From the IMG/VR virus record IMGVR_UViG_3300045988_176028: a stretch of DNA of 64,000 bases, one strand, 5' to 3'. Shown here piece after piece: positions 1-9,044 of the stretch. Within the stretch, counting starts at the first letter, position 1, and each line of letters starts with the position of its first letter. The DNA comes from a virus. Both the position numbers and the translations under genes were made by a program. The notes under the pieces are model-generated. The model ran no database searches. It was not told the DNA's origin and saw only the letters and a list, made by a program, of their open reading frames with translations.

Positions 1-172
1 TTTATCAGGTGGGCTAAAAGCTCATAAAAACCTCTTTTCAGAAGAAATCAACCTTATACTCCCCTAAGATGAGGTTGTAATACTAAAAAAGATTGTTCTC
101 CATATATTGGAGAACCACTTAAAAAGAGAAGACGCGACCCTCCTCTATCTCAACGCAAGGAGCGAAACAAAA

Positions 173-664
173 ATGACAATGCCGCAACAGCCTCAAGTCA
201 ACGTGAACATTAATCAACCGTCCATACCGCAACAGCCTATGGCTCAACCCCAAAACCCAATCCGGCAGAACAGTCTCCGAACCAAACGTGGACTGCTTAA
301 ATATCTTCTGCTTGGACTCGTCACCTTCGGCATTTACGACATTTGGCAAATGAGCGAAGTCGGCACCACGTTGAATCTCATCGCCACGCGACGTGACGGC
401 AAACGCACCATGCATTATTGTCTCATGTTCTTCCTGCTCGGCTGGCTGACCCTTGGCATCGGCTGGCTTGTCTGGTATCACAAGCTCAGCTCCCGTATCG
501 GCACAGAACAGGCCGCTCGTGGACTGCCGGTCACGGTCACTGCCGCAACCTACTGGCTGTGGAACATTCTCGGCTCTCTCATCATCGTCGGCCCATTCAT
601 TTACACGTACAAGCTTCTGCACGCCATGAACGACCTGTGCGCCGACTACAACGCGCGAGGCTGA
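173..664 (+). CDS. DUF4234-like multi-pass membrane protein with Q/P-rich N-terminus
   Basis: ORF 107..664. AAGGAG at 157-162 favours ATG 173. The LGLVTFGIYDIWQM motif plus several hydrophobic helices resemble DUF4234 proteins. Confidence 0.55.
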   Translation: MTMPQQPQVNVNINQPSIPQQPMAQPQNPIRQNSLRTKRGLLKYLLLGLVTFGIYDIWQMSEVGTTLNLIATRRDGKRTMHYCLMFFLLGWLTLGIGWLVWYHKLSSRIGTEQAARGLPVTVTAATYWLWNILGSLIIVGPFIYTYKLLHAMNDLCADYNARG

Positions 665-671
665 TACATAC

Positions 672-690
672 TAAACTGGATTTGTCCACA
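672..690 (+). promoter_or_regulatory. conserved promoter/leader motif copy (TAAACT-N6-GTCCACA)
   Basis: TAAACTGGATTTGTCCACA lies 19 nt upstream of ATG 709. It matches the window-wide motif TATAsT-GGnnnn-GTyCACA, but the -10 is weak. Confidence 0.45.
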
Positions 691-708
691 TAAGCAGAAA
701 GAAAAACG

Positions 709-861
709 ATGGCATCATTCATCATTGGACTTTTAGTCGGAGTGTTCATCGGCATGACTGTCATGAGCATGTGCGTAATTTCGAAGCAATCCGACAACAA
801 GCGTATCATCGACACCCACGCCGACAGTACAGAGGATTCCATTCCCATGGGGAAGGATTAA
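709..861 (+). CDS. small single-pass membrane protein (50 aa)
   Basis: ATG 709 to TAA 861, below the ORF-track cutoff. Sequence MASFIIGLLVGVFIGMTVMSMCV is a hydrophobic helix. The stop lies 2 nt before the next start. Confidence 0.4.
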   Translation: MASFIIGLLVGVFIGMTVMSMCVISKQSDNKRIIDTHADSTEDSIPMGKD

Positions 862-863
862 GC

Positions 864-1802
864 ATGTCCTGCTTGCGGAAAAACATCGGACAAGGCATCC
901 GACTGGTCATCCCCAGCATCCTCGTATTGTCGCTTCTGACCGTCGGCACGCCCGCATCCGCGAATCCGGCCACAGGAAGCATCCCCGTCGGACAGTCAGC
1001 CACACAAGTGTTGGACACGCTCACCGTCGGAGTGAAATCCAATGCGTCTTCCGACCGCAAGTCCCACCAGTGGAACAAGGTCGTTGGCAAAACCGGCAAT
1101 TACACGACCCGCGATTTGGTGTTGGAACGCGACATGGATAACGTGACCTACACGAGTCGAGGCAACGTGAACACCGGCATCCTATTGGAACCATACACGG
1201 GCAAGACCATCCACTTCCAACGCGGCACGTCGAACAAGACCGAGGGTGGAAGCGCGTCCAACCGTGACGGCGGCATCCAAATCGACCATGTGGTCGCCTA
1301 TGCGGAAGCGTATCGTTCCGGCTTGGACAAGCTCGACTTCGCCCAGCGAGACGCCTACTACAACGACCCCGACGTACTGCTCGCATCCCAAGCGGAAGCC
1401 AACAATGTGAAAAAGGACGGCACCATAGCCGAATGGGAACCTTCCAACCAAACGTTCCAATGCGATTACGCGAGCCTGCAAATCGGCATCAAAGCCAAAT
1501 ATGGGCTGATGGTAGACCAGAAGGAACATGATAAGCTGGCGCAAGTGTTGGCTTCCTGTCCGGCTGAAACCATTATTTCGACCAGTCAAGTGAAACAACG
1601 GTTAACCAGTGGGACATCAGAGGGGAACAATACAGGCACCGCTAACAATAATACGACCGGTGGCAACAGTCAGAACAGCCAATATAACGGTTCCACCAAC
1701 AGTAAGAACAATTCGCATACAACGAACAAACACCACACCACCACAACTAAGAAGAACTGGGTCAAAAACCTATTCAACGGACTCCTAAAACAATTCTTCT
1801 AG
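864..1802 (+). CDS. secreted DUF1524/HNH (His-Me finger) nuclease-like protein with N/T-rich tail
   Basis: In-frame ATG 864 of ORF 771..1802 gives signal peptide MSCLRKNIGQGIRLVIPSILVLSLLTVGTPASA. The core GGIQIDHVVAYAEAYRSG...EANNVKKDG resembles the DUF1524 nuclease domain. Confidence 0.6.
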   Translation: MSCLRKNIGQGIRLVIPSILVLSLLTVGTPASANPATGSIPVGQSATQVLDTLTVGVKSNASSDRKSHQWNKVVGKTGNYTTRDLVLERDMDNVTYTSRGNVNTGILLEPYTGKTIHFQRGTSNKTEGGSASNRDGGIQIDHVVAYAEAYRSGLDKLDFAQRDAYYNDPDVLLASQAEANNVKKDGTIAEWEPSNQTFQCDYASLQIGIKAKYGLMVDQKEHDKLAQVLASCPAETIISTSQVKQRLTSGTSEGNNTGTANNNTTGGNSQNSQYNGSTNSKNNSHTTNKHHTTTTKKNWVKNLFNGLLKQFF

Positions 1803-1818
1803 AACAGCCGTAACACAA

Positions 1819-1854
1819 GTAGTCCCGCCATTCACTTTCGGATGGTGGGACTAC
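1819..1854. terminator. hairpin between convergent genes
   Basis: GTAGTCCCGCCAT-N10-ATGGTGGGACTAC forms a 13 bp stem with one G-U. There is no clear U-tract. Confidence 0.35.
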
Positions 1855-1969
1855 TCATATATCAACTATGTTCTTCGTCCCATTTGTCCAAGGTTTCCAA
1901 CAGGTTAGGCAAGCCGAAATAGTCGTATGATTGCCCGTATTGTTTCCCACCTTTGGTCTCATATATAAT

Positions 1970-2005
1970 GTTGACTTCCTCACGGGGTTGAAATCCCGTG
2001 ATTCC
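1970..2005 (-). ncRNA. 3' terminal hairpin of predicted omega-RNA (reRNA) of TnpB copy 1
   Basis: Minus strand reads GGAATC-ACGGG-ATTTCAA-CCCCGT-GAGGAAGTCAAC, about 75 nt downstream of the tnpB stop. The same architecture recurs at 8846, 40841 and 55686. The 5' limit of the RNA is unknown. Confidence 0.45.
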
Positions 2006-2080
2006 TGTTGCCGGTTGGACGTGTCTTTCTTAATGTTTTTAATGGAAGAGATTCCGACCGGTATTGCAGGGGTTTGAGTT

Positions 2081-3499
2081 TCATCGACGTTGCTCCCCAC
2101 TGGTTTTCACCAGTGTGGAAGCTTGTTGTCTCCACTCTTCGGCATCGTCCATGCCGTTCGTTCCTAACGCGCGGTCGAGAATGTTCTTGGACGCGTTCAC
2201 GTCGGCGTTCGTCTCATGCCCGCAATTGTGGCAGTGGAACACCGCTTGGCTTTCACGGTTGTTCTTGCCGCAGTATCCGCAGACGTTGCAAATGCGTGAC
2301 GTGTCATAGGCGGGTACCTGAACGAGTCGGGTTCCCGCAAGCTTGGTTTTGTATTCGAGACAATGCAGGATGCCAGTCCAACGGTTGGCGAGGACGCTAC
2401 GGTTCAAACCGCTTTTCCTCTTCCGCCCGTTGTGCAGATAATGTCCCGGATTGTCGGGGTCTGGTTTCGGCCGGACGCTTCGGCTCATGGCCTTCACGTT
2501 CAACCGTTCCATGGCGATGAAATCGTATTCCCGGACGAGCGTGGTGGTCGTCTTGGCTATCCAATCGTCCTTGCGATTGTCTATCCGACGTTGGATGCGC
2601 CGCATGGCTTGGAGGGTGCGCTTGCGGCTTTTGGACGTGAATTTGGCGTTCCTGCCGCCACGCTTCTCGTTCGTCCTGTCCTGTCGGGCAAGCTTGCGTT
2701 GCAGACGCTTATACTCGTCCATCTCTTTGACGGACGGTTGGGGAATGTCGAGGAAAATGTTATCGGAGGTGGCGAGGGTATGCACGCAACCCCTATCCAA
2801 GCCGACCATCATGCCCGTATCGGTTCGGCTGATGGGGAGTGGACTATTGGTGAACACGAGTGTCCTGTTAGTCCAGTTCACCGCCACACTCGTATATTCA
2901 CGAACGGGTTGACTCACCCGCACATGAATGGCGATACGCCAACGAGCCTCGTTCTCACCCTCACGACGATACTGTCTCGGCACACTGCCAGTGATGACGA
3001 CCACACCGGTACGCTTGCCCGTCCGACGATACAAGGCGTTACCGGTCTTCGACTGGTTACGCCAGCACACGAAATACTGAGGAGCCTTATGGCGGGAACG
3101 GAACCCCGGAACCCGACCACCATTGGTCTTCTTCCGTTTCAATCCGGCGAACCAACCCGTGTTCTCGACACGTTCACATGAGGAGAGGATAGGCGAGGGA
3201 ATGCACGCCAGCCAAAGACAATCCAATCGCGCCTGACTGTCCTTGACGGCGGGCTTCACATCCGCGCCACCCAAAGGCACATCCACCCAAATACGCTCAC
3301 GGGTTTCAACATCCTCCACAAGCCTACGCTGGGGACGATGCGCCCGATGCTGGTTGTACCGGCTTCTCCACCCGTCGCACAGCCAGTCCATGATACGTTC
3401 CGGATTACGAGTCCACATACGATTCCCGTAAGAGTCCAAGCCGAGGAACACGCTGCACCCCGTATGCCGGACTTTCAGGATTCGTACTTTCTGACTCAT
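2081..3499 (-). CDS. tnpB: TnpB-like RNA-guided nuclease (IS605 OrfB family) with atypical N-terminus
   Basis: 472 aa. RuvC-like residues in GLDRG, AMERL and NADVNASKN. Zinc finger CNVCGYCG...CHNCGH. Paralogue of 7363..8820. Confidence 0.85.
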   Translation of the reverse strand: MSQKVRILKVRHTGCSVFLGLDSYGNRMWTRNPERIMDWLCDGWRSRYNQHRAHRPQRRLVEDVETRERIWVDVPLGGADVKPAVKDSQARLDCLWLACIPSPILSSCERVENTGWFAGLKRKKTNGGRVPGFRSRHKAPQYFVCWRNQSKTGNALYRRTGKRTGVVVITGSVPRQYRREGENEARWRIAIHVRVSQPVREYTSVAVNWTNRTLVFTNSPLPISRTDTGMMVGLDRGCVHTLATSDNIFLDIPQPSVKEMDEYKRLQRKLARQDRTNEKRGGRNAKFTSKSRKRTLQAMRRIQRRIDNRKDDWIAKTTTTLVREYDFIAMERLNVKAMSRSVRPKPDPDNPGHYLHNGRKRKSGLNRSVLANRWTGILHCLEYKTKLAGTRLVQVPAYDTSRICNVCGYCGKNNRESQAVFHCHNCGHETNADVNASKNILDRALGTNGMDDAEEWRQQASTLVKTSGEQRR

Positions 3500-3536
3500 G
3501 CCTATAATGATACCATATTATTGAGTAATCAACAAT

Positions 3537-3791
3537 ATGAGAAGGCGTGCAGACCCGGCATTGAAATACCGGGCTTACACGCCAAAAATCAGTCAACAAG
3601 AGGAACTATTGGCTATCCGGCACGGTGACTTCGACCCCAAACAGTACGATTTGAAGCTTCTGGACGCCAAGTCCCGGTTCGAGGAAGCCGCCGAACACAC
3701 CCGGCTCCCCCAGCCTGTAAGCGATACGGAATTGCAGGATATGGTATTGCCTATCATCCACGAATATACTGAACGCCTGTTCAAGGAGTGA
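3537..3791 (+). CDS. hypothetical protein (84 aa)
   Basis: The ORF has protein-like composition but no clear RBS. It lies just outside the IS left end. Confidence 0.35.
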   Translation: MRRRADPALKYRAYTPKISQQEELLAIRHGDFDPKQYDLKLLDAKSRFEEAAEHTRLPQPVSDTELQDMVLPIIHEYTERLFKE

Positions 3792-4059
3792 GAACATCAG
3801 CCCACAACAAGCCTGAAAAACGAAGGTTGATAGCGTGAAACCCCAATGATTCCAACGGTTTCGACACGCATACAGGTTTGACCAAACAGCCGTATCCCGT
3901 ATACTTGATGTTGCGTTCAGCCGGTGGGTTGAACGCCTCATAATTTGGCGACTAAGTTCAAAAAGACTTTTGGTCTTTTTCTCCTTTTGGTCTGGCTTTT
4001 TATGTGTGGACATTCGAAGGCCCCGCCACTGTGCGGGGTCTTCGTTTAACTAAAATCGG

Positions 4060-4965
4060 TCAGAACGGGTTGCCGTCCGGCTTGCCGCTGGTCTTGGTCG
4101 GCTGAGTCGGGGACTCCAGCATCGGAACCCCGCCAATAGCGCGTTGCTTCGATTCCAACGACTTCCGGCACGGATACACCTTCAGCCCCTCATCGACGGC
4201 CTCTACATGCAGTTCCGGCCAATTCTGCCGAACCATTTCCAACGCTTTCTTGAAACGTTCCTTGAATCTGCGGAGTGGAGTGTTCGACGCGTCGAACTGT
4301 ATTTGCAATCCGTTCCAAGGTATGAGAACCGGTTTAGAGATGTAATATGTTCTGCGGGCGAGCCACTGGTAGATGTCCAACGCTCTGGATGATTTCCCGA
4401 GATTCATCACTATCTCTCGGTTTAAAGGAACGGGATTCTCGTTGAGGATTCCCCACATAAGTTCGGAGAATCGAATATACGAACCTTCCTTGTATTCGTC
4501 GGAATTTCTGTCGAAGCAGATGTGAGTGCGGTCGGCCACCAGAACATTGATGGCATCATGGACAGTTCTGCCCTGTTCGTCCTTGAACCAATTGGTCACT
4601 TGAAAGACAGTGCTCCCCAGATTCTCCAACATGCGGGTCACCTGCTCCCGTTGTCCATTGGCCGCGATTCCCGTGTTCTTGCAGAACGAATTAAATGTTT
4701 CGTCCAAATGGATTGTCCTGTTTTCGAAATCAACCATCGGGGACACCTCTTTTATGAGGGTTTGGGCATACAGAAGGAATAGACGGGGGATTTTTCCGTA
4801 AGCCCACTGCCCTTTCCTCGGGGTCGTCGTTATGGACACGATTCCGTTGCTCCGGTTCAGATAAGGTACATCAGGCTCCTCCACTGGAAGCAGGGAGACC
4901 ACTGATGAGAGGGTGGCCGCATAGGTTATTGTCTTCTTGCTGGGGTTGATGATATCCTTGTTCAT
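4060..4965 (-). CDS. repA: plasmid replication initiator, RepA_C (PF04796)-like
   Basis: 301 aa. WAYGKIPRLFLLYAQTLI matches the family hallmark (Y)G.(Y/I)PRLLL.W. Later motif ALDIYQWLARRTYY. Iterons lie directly upstream of the start. Confidence 0.7.
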   Translation of the reverse strand: MNKDIINPSKKTITYAATLSSVVSLLPVEEPDVPYLNRSNGIVSITTTPRKGQWAYGKIPRLFLLYAQTLIKEVSPMVDFENRTIHLDETFNSFCKNTGIAANGQREQVTRMLENLGSTVFQVTNWFKDEQGRTVHDAINVLVADRTHICFDRNSDEYKEGSYIRFSELMWGILNENPVPLNREIVMNLGKSSRALDIYQWLARRTYYISKPVLIPWNGLQIQFDASNTPLRRFKERFKKALEMVRQNWPELHVEAVDEGLKVYPCRKSLESKQRAIGGVPMLESPTQPTKTSGKPDGNPF

Positions 4966-5103
4966 GTTATCGGGATTCCTTTACTGTTGACTGATACTAA
5001 CCTCATCTCGGTACATACGGGATGAGGTTTTTATTTTTATCCTAATGGGTTTTTGGAATATTTTTTTATAAATCAGATTTTTCTGTTCACATTCTCAGTC
5101 AAG

Positions 5104-5166
5104 AGTCTTACATTCTCGGGCAGAAGTCTTACATTCTCAGGCAGAAGTCTTACATTCTCAGGCACT
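5104..5166. repeat. three tandem 21-bp iterons (candidate oriV-1)
   Basis: AGTCTTACATTCTCrGGCAGA repeated three times at 5104, 5125 and 5146, plus a half-site GTTCACATTCTCAG at 5087. An AT-rich stretch (5030-5085) with the DnaA-box-like TTATCCTAA precedes them. Confidence 0.75.
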
Positions 5167-5370
5167 TGGATGCTCTAATCCCTTGTGGGAGTAGGTCTAA
5201 GAGCACTGGTAATAGTATACAATAGATACAATAGTATACATAAGTATTTGTGGTACCGAATTTCTAAATGCTCTAAAAAACGAAAAATCGTTTGATTCAA
5301 AAAACATGGAATGATTTTTTACGATTTTTCTCCGACGCGTCTCAATGCTTTCGAAACCAGATACTTCGTA

Positions 5371-5392
5371 TGCTATAGTGGAATAGTTTACA
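5371..5392 (+). promoter_or_regulatory. conserved promoter/leader motif copy
   Basis: TGCTATAGT-GGAATA-GTTTACA, with an extended -10 followed by the conserved downstream box. Confidence 0.6.
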
Positions 5393-5511
5393 CAAGAAAA
5401 AGAGCTTTTCGCCAAACCATAAAAAACGGTTTCGCTCAAAGTCCTCACCCCAAAAAACCAGCTAAACTGGATATGTCCGCAACGAACCAAAACTGTCAAA
5501 GGAACGAAAGC

Positions 5512-6699
5512 ATGGAAAACGGCTCCCCGAACAGGCTGCCCGACTGGACTGAAATCATCGACGGGAAACCCCCAAAACCCGACAATGGTCCCAACCATGT
5601 AGGCAGACACAGCAAAGGAAGCCACGCCCGACACGGAAGCCAACCAGCCAACACAACGTCCACTGGCGAACATGTCCTCCAATGCTCCATCGGAATCATA
5701 TTCACCGTCGTCATAATCCTCATCGCCCAAATCGGTTGGATGTTCTTCGGACATGACTTGGATTCCATCCACACTCAGGTCGCAAACTCGAAAAGGGTCA
5801 GCCTGAACCAGAACATCGACTTGGATACGACCCGCATAGCCAAACCACAGTCGGGCGAAGTGCCGGTAGATGGCACGCCCACCCACATGCAGGTAATCGG
5901 ATGGATGTACATTCCTAAAATCGAATCCGGTTGGAAGCGTGCAATCCAACAGGGAACCGACCAAATCGTGTTGGACAATCAGGGCATAGGCCATTACGAG
6001 CAGACCGTCATGCCCGGTGCCGTAGGCAACAGCGCCTATGCCGGGCATCGCACCGGCGGCGACTTGGGTTACATCGACCGGTTGCAGACGGGTGACGCCA
6101 TCGTCATCCAAACTGCCGAACACTGGTACGTGTACAAGATGACCGAAGGTTGGGTCACTACTCCGACCGACGTGAGCGTGTTGAACAATGACGGCGCGAA
6201 CCCGGACTCCCGCGAATTGACGTTGACGACCTGCCATCCTATGAGCGTATGGGCAGACCAGAGCATCAAACACAGGTATATCGTCCGAGCGCAATTCTCC
6301 TATTGGGCGAACGTTTCCGACGGTATTCCGGCTGAGTTGAGCACCGCCAACGGGAACGTCGTCCAGAAGACCGCATACAAGTGGCAGAAGACCGTCCGAA
6401 CCGTCAGCGCCTACGCTCCCGCGAGCATGATGTTCGCCGTGATTCTGCTTGTCGCGTGGATGGTCATGAACGGACTGTGCTGGCTGTTGTGGCGTGGGGA
6501 GCGGGAACGCAAGCCGGTGTCTTGGAACGTGCTCGTATTGTCTTGGCGTCTGCAACAGGGCGTCCTGCCGTTGCGCCTGTTGAACATGCTGTTGTTCTGG
6601 GGTGGTTTGGTTCTGCTGTTCTGGTGGTCTGTCAGCCCGCATTTCGACAGTTGGTTCCCGTTCCTGCAATCGGTGGGATTGCCGAACGTCACGTTCTGA
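5512..6699 (+). CDS. class E-type sortase (transpeptidase)
   Basis: AAAGGA RBS precedes ATG 5512 inside ORF 5311..6699. There is an N-terminal TM helix. Catalytic order is H (YAGHRTGG), C (LTLTTCHP), R (HRYIVRAQF). C-terminal TM helices are present. Confidence 0.75.
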   Translation: MENGSPNRLPDWTEIIDGKPPKPDNGPNHVGRHSKGSHARHGSQPANTTSTGEHVLQCSIGIIFTVVIILIAQIGWMFFGHDLDSIHTQVANSKRVSLNQNIDLDTTRIAKPQSGEVPVDGTPTHMQVIGWMYIPKIESGWKRAIQQGTDQIVLDNQGIGHYEQTVMPGAVGNSAYAGHRTGGDLGYIDRLQTGDAIVIQTAEHWYVYKMTEGWVTTPTDVSVLNNDGANPDSRELTLTTCHPMSVWADQSIKHRYIVRAQFSYWANVSDGIPAELSTANGNVVQKTAYKWQKTVRTVSAYAPASMMFAVILLVAWMVMNGLCWLLWRGERERKPVSWNVLVLSWRLQQGVLPLRLLNMLLFWGGLVLLFWWSVSPHFDSWFPFLQSVGLPNVTF

Positions 6700-6746
6700 C
6701 CCATTCCCTGAAACATATTTTCCGCAAAAACTAGGAGGTAGCCGTC

Positions 6747-7256
6747 ATGCGGCAAACATATCTGACCAGCGACAATCCGACCGTGGTGAACCGACTGCGC
6801 AAGGACTGCCGTGAATACGCGCGTCAACGCGAACTGGAGGAATGGTTCGAAAACATCCACCATGTCCGTCTGGCGTGGAAGGAGGACGCGGATGGCAAGC
6901 GAACCGTCGAAGGAGTTGAAGCCGTCATGTCCAAGGAGACCCTGACCATCCAAGGCAAAGGTGATTTGAAAGGCTACTGGCTCATGCCCATGAACGGCAT
7001 ATACAAGCCATGCAAGAACAATGTTGAAGTATGGAGGATGCTCCGCCAATTCGAATGGCGTCCCGACCCTCTGCCGGGCATCGTCAGCTCATACACGTAT
7101 ACGCCATACGTGGACATGTTTATCGAAGACGACAAAGCATATCTTTCCATGCCGGTGGAAAGCTGGGATGACTCTTTGTGGCATAAGAGCACGAAGGGGA
7201 CATTCCGTAAGGCCGAGGAACGTTTCAACGACGGCGCTTCGGGAGATGACCGTTGA
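6747..7256 (+). CDS. hypothetical protein (169 aa)
   Basis: AGGAGG RBS 7 nt upstream of the ATG, with protein-like composition. Confidence 0.6.
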   Translation: MRQTYLTSDNPTVVNRLRKDCREYARQRELEEWFENIHHVRLAWKEDADGKRTVEGVEAVMSKETLTIQGKGDLKGYWLMPMNGIYKPCKNNVEVWRMLRQFEWRPDPLPGIVSSYTYTPYVDMFIEDDKAYLSMPVESWDDSLWHKSTKGTFRKAEERFNDGASGDDR

Positions 7257-7331
7257 TGCTTCATGTCTTGACCGTATTGGCGGCGCAAGCCCTGTTTTTT
7301 TAAGACTGGGGTGAGTCGCCACTTCTTTGAT

Positions 7332-8882
7332 TAATCACTGTTTCCGTGGTAAGGTTTTCAGTATGAGCCAGAAGGTACGAATCATCAAAGTCAGGCATGC
7401 GGGCGCATCCGTGTACCTTGGCGACGATTCATGCCGCAACCACTGCTGGACGCGCAATCCCGAACGCATCATGGACTGGCTGTGCGACGGGTGGAGAAGC
7501 CGTTTCAACCAACATCGGGAGCATAGGACAATCCGCCGCTACATGGAGGACATGGAATCCCATGAACGCATGTGGGTGGACGTCCCGTTGGGCGGCGCGA
7601 CCGTCGGGGAACCTTTCAAGGACAGCGAGGCTCGAATCCGGTGTTCTTGGCTCGCATGCATCCCCTCCGCTATTCTCGCCAGTCCCATGCGCGTGGAGAA
7701 TTCGGAATGGTATGCCGCGTTGAAGCGCAAGAAAATCAATGGCGGTCGTGTCCCGGGATTCAAGTCCCGCAAACGCAGCCCCCAGTATTTCGTATGCTGG
7801 CGCAACCAGAACAAGACCGGCAACGCCATCTACCATCAGGTGTCACGCAAGCGCGGCGTGGTCGTCATCACCGGAACCGTGAAAAAGGAATTCCGCAAGC
7901 CGGACGAAACGGGATGCCGTTGGACGCTCTCCATCCACGTGCGCGTCAGCCAACCCATCAGGGATTATACGAGTGTGGCGGTGAATTGGACGGAACGTAC
8001 TCTGGCGTTCACCAACGAACCGTCGCCCATCCGACGGAATACCACCGGCAAGCAGACCGGTATCGACCGTGGCTGCGTCCACACGTTGGCCTTGTCGAAT
8101 GGAACCATGCTAGACATGCCGCAACCGTCCGAACGGGAGAGAAAAGAGTATCTGCGATTGCAACGCAAACTCTCCCGACAGGACAGAACCAACGAGAAGC
8201 GTGGCGGCAAAACCGCGAAATTCCAGTCGAAACGGCGTATGCTCACGTTGAAGCGTATGAACTCGTTACGTCGCCGTATCAACAATCGTAAGGACGATTG
8301 GGTGGCGAAAACCACGACACAGCTTGTCGAAGACTACGACCTTATAGCCTTGGAAGCGTTGAAGACCCGGCAGATGACGCGTAGGCCAAAGCCGAAGCAG
8401 GACCCCAACCATCAGGGGTGCTACCTGCATAATAGTGCAACATCCAAAGCCGGATTGAACCGTAGCATCCTCAACAACCGTTGGACGGATATTCAGAACA
8501 AACTCGAATACAAGACCCGACTCGCCGGAACCCAGCTCATACTGGTTGACCCGGCCTACACGTCCCAAACCTGCAACCGTTGCGGCCATGTCGCATTGGA
8601 GAACCGTGAGAGTCAAGCGGTCTTCCAATGCGTTAACTGCGGGAACAAGGATAATGCGGACGTGAACGCGGCTAAGAACATTCTCAACCGCGCGATACAT
8701 ACAACCGGCATGGACGATGCCGAGGGCGTGGAGGAACACGCATCCTATGGAACCCATGTTCCACAGGAGAGTTCCGGTGAAACGCCAACCCCTGCTACAC
8801 GTATGGGAAGACTTCTCTAATGGGAAGCATGTCTCATATGCGACAGGAATCCCCCGGCTTCAGCCGTGGGGAGGAATTCAAA
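7332..8882 (+). mobile_element. tnpB-only IS200/IS605-family element, copy 2
   Basis: TTGAT at 7327..7331 is followed by TAATCA, the same left-end junction as copy 1. The right-end hairpin ends near 8882. Confidence 0.6.
7363..8820 (+). CDS. tnpB: TnpB-like RNA-guided nuclease, paralogue of 2081..3499
   Basis: ATG 7363 (MSQKVRIIKVRH) aligns with the copy 1 N-terminus. Motifs GIDRG, ALEAL, CNRCGH...CVNCGN and NADVNAAKN. Confidence 0.85.
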   Translation: MSQKVRIIKVRHAGASVYLGDDSCRNHCWTRNPERIMDWLCDGWRSRFNQHREHRTIRRYMEDMESHERMWVDVPLGGATVGEPFKDSEARIRCSWLACIPSAILASPMRVENSEWYAALKRKKINGGRVPGFKSRKRSPQYFVCWRNQNKTGNAIYHQVSRKRGVVVITGTVKKEFRKPDETGCRWTLSIHVRVSQPIRDYTSVAVNWTERTLAFTNEPSPIRRNTTGKQTGIDRGCVHTLALSNGTMLDMPQPSERERKEYLRLQRKLSRQDRTNEKRGGKTAKFQSKRRMLTLKRMNSLRRRINNRKDDWVAKTTTQLVEDYDLIALEALKTRQMTRRPKPKQDPNHQGCYLHNSATSKAGLNRSILNNRWTDIQNKLEYKTRLAGTQLILVDPAYTSQTCNRCGHVALENRESQAVFQCVNCGNKDNADVNAAKNILNRAIHTTGMDDAEGVEEHASYGTHVPQESSGETPTPATRMGRLL

Positions 8883-8883
8883 G
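8846..8883 (+). ncRNA. 3' terminal hairpin of predicted omega-RNA of TnpB copy 2
   Basis: GGAATCCCCCGGC-TTCA-GCCGTGGGGAGGAATTCAAAG lies 26 nt after the tnpB stop. Confidence 0.45.
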
Positions 8884-8933
8884 CCGTCGTGGAGTTCCTT
8901 CGGTGCTTCCGGTTCGATAGCGTAAGCTCCGGC

Positions 8934-9044
8934 ATGTGCGGACTCGTTTGGATTGTCACCGCGTTAATCTGGCTGTTTCTTATCCGCTGGGATGATAAGC
9001 CCGACGGTTTGGACGGTTCCGACTTGGAAGACTCGTCGGAATGA
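8934..9044 (+). CDS. possible small membrane protein (36 aa)
   Basis: Internal ATG of ORF 8820..9044 (MCGLVWIVTALIWLFLI). ATGA overlap with the next gene. The 5' part of the ORF overlaps the omega-RNA hairpin. Confidence 0.3.
   Translation: MCGLVWIVTALIWLFLIRWDDKPDGLDGSDLEDSSE

Larger units (their letters stand above)
1970..3527 (-). mobile_element. tnpB-only IS200/IS605-family (IS1341-like) element, copy 1
   Basis: The left end follows TTGAT (complement of 3528..3532, then TTGATTACTCA). The right end is the hairpin GGAATCACGGG-ATTTCAA-CCCCGTGAGGAAGTCAAC, ending at 1970. No tnpA gene is present. Confidence 0.6.

Noticed and set aside
4001-4016. TATGTGTGGACATTCG half-motif near the repA-1 3' end
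   Set aside because: It has the TGTGGAC box only, with no AGTATA at the expected spacing and no gene to its left in the right position.
5197-6669. 490 aa ORF antisense to the sortase gene
   Set aside because: It is a shadow ORF of a GC-rich coding region. It is Arg/Gly/Val/His-rich with low complexity and has no RBS. The opposite strand carries a gene with clear catalytic motifs.
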